DNA of 64,000 nt. Source: Chlorokybus atmophyticus. Taxonomy: Eukaryota > Plantae > Mesostigma and Chlorokybus algae. Position numbers and translations under genes: made by a program. Location: contig RHPI01000401.1 of NCBI GenBank assembly GCA_009103225.1, positions 149,455 through 213,454 of the forward strand. Reading direction: 5' to 3'. Positions 62,772 to 64,000 of this stretch are shown here, one piece after another. Under the pieces are notes generated by a model, which had not been told where the DNA came from, ran no database searches, and saw nothing but the letters and a program-made list of their open reading frames with translations. The stretch's first letter is position 1, and each line of letters opens with the position of its first letter.

Positions 62772-64000
62772 GCTCTACTTTATCTCCAAAGGTGATTATA
62801 CACAAGTTTTGGTCATATCAATCCAGTTGGCAGTTTGTCAATGTTGATGGCTTGCATGACATTGATTGTGCCAGTTTCCTGTTGTGCCATTGGTGTTGGA
62901 TGGTGCTGGTAGTTGCAGGCTGAAAGTCTACGCCAGTACAAACAGCAACACCAGCACAGCCCAAAGAGTTTGCAAGCTTTGTGACTTGTTGGTCATGCTA
63001 CGCACTGTTGATCTTCGCCAGAGCTTTTATTTTCCATCCCATTTGGCGAGGAGTACATGCGGGCGGTGTTGCTGTACTGCCTTTGCCTGTGTTTATTTTT
63101 AATGTGCCAGTAGTGTTTCAGCACTGCAACCCCTGTGTCGCGAGGGCACATTGCACTTGACATATCTTGTGAATGTCAGCCCAGTCGTATTACTTGACAC
63201 ACAAGCCTTTGAATTTTTCCAGCTTCCTTTCTGCAGTTGCTGCAAAGAAGGGGTGGTGGCATCATATATAGTACAAACGCGTCGACAGGGTGGTTTCCTA
63301 ACTACAGCACACCAAAAGTGTTGTCCACATGCAGGACCAACACATTCACTGAACAACATGATCAGTATGTACATCAGCATCCAGGGTAGCCATGCTTTGT
63401 GCCAATCGGCTAACACGACATCAACAAGTCTATGTACGCCGACACCGACAGCAGTTCTGATAAGTACCTGCCTCACTCCAGCTATGCACCCATAGAACAG
63501 CACGTGCATGTGTGCAAGAAACAGAAACAGTTTCCCCGAGGAAGGGGTGATTAATGGCTGAATTATGGCTGGATGTCGTGGGGTTCCCAAACATCAACTT
63601 TGAGTGCTACAACGTTGTCCTTCAGAGACCCTCTGCTCGGGTCCAAGATCTCCTGCATCGTGACCTTAGGGAGCCTCCCAAAGTGCCAAACTCGGAGCAG
63701 CCTTACTCAACACCTTCTCCCTAAGCTCTGATGTCGCCGCATGCCAGCATCTTAGAGCAATGGTTACGGGGATGTGTCATTGCAAGCACCCAGAATGCAG
63801 CTGATGCACGATGTTGAGACGCCCATCCTTGTCATTGACATGGGTGAACACGCGTCTTGACACGCGGCGTGACCAACCATCCTGTAAAGCACCACTGCTG
63901 GTGGCAACAAGAGACGTGCAACTGCCGCTGACATGCACCCGCCTGTCGGGAGGACACACTCAGTTACTGGTACACGATATGCCAACAAGTGTCCATGTGA

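Noticed and set aside
63600-64000. Possible terminal exons of a minus-strand gene (e.g. DGWSRRVSRRVFTHVNDKDGRLNIVHQLH)
   Set aside because: Too short and cut by the window edge; I could not build a consistent model or recognise the product.

Overview
Eukaryotic nuclear DNA from a compact-intron green alga. Plant-type TOM20, DAPB and XRN3, PSB33 and the ciliary GTPase ARL13 suggest a flagellated early streptophyte (inference). The window has two parts. (1) 1-22.4 kb is a stack of nested transposons. The main one is a >17.7 kb CACTA/En-Spm (CMC) element with a six-exon ~1350-aa transposase on the minus strand and a nine-exon ~1468-aa SET-domain/coiled-coil cargo gene on the plus strand, with stop codons only 20 bp apart. 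The element is saturated with a GAC(A/T)GTC palindrome and ends in an array of GACCATGCATGGTC palindromes. A Copia element sits in the last transposase exon. Next come a chromovirus integrase-chromodomain remnant with its LTR, and a remnant carrying a protease fragment and a C5 DNA-methyltransferase motif I, split by a gag-protease-only Copia with a 5-bp TSD. (2) 22.4-64 kb holds a decayed spliced gene, two identical variant U1 snRNA genes (the second inside a TA-flanked Tc2/pogo-like TIR element), a plastid protein, tRNA-Arg(ACG), HEMC, a conserved membrane protein, TOM20, ARL13, DAPB, APC8/CDC23, XRN3 and PSB33. The strongest leads are the SET-carrying CACTA with its cognate DNA motif, the U1 gene inside a MITE, and the DNMT-retroelement remnant. 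All exon models were built by eye from splice signals and frame continuity; no database searches were run.
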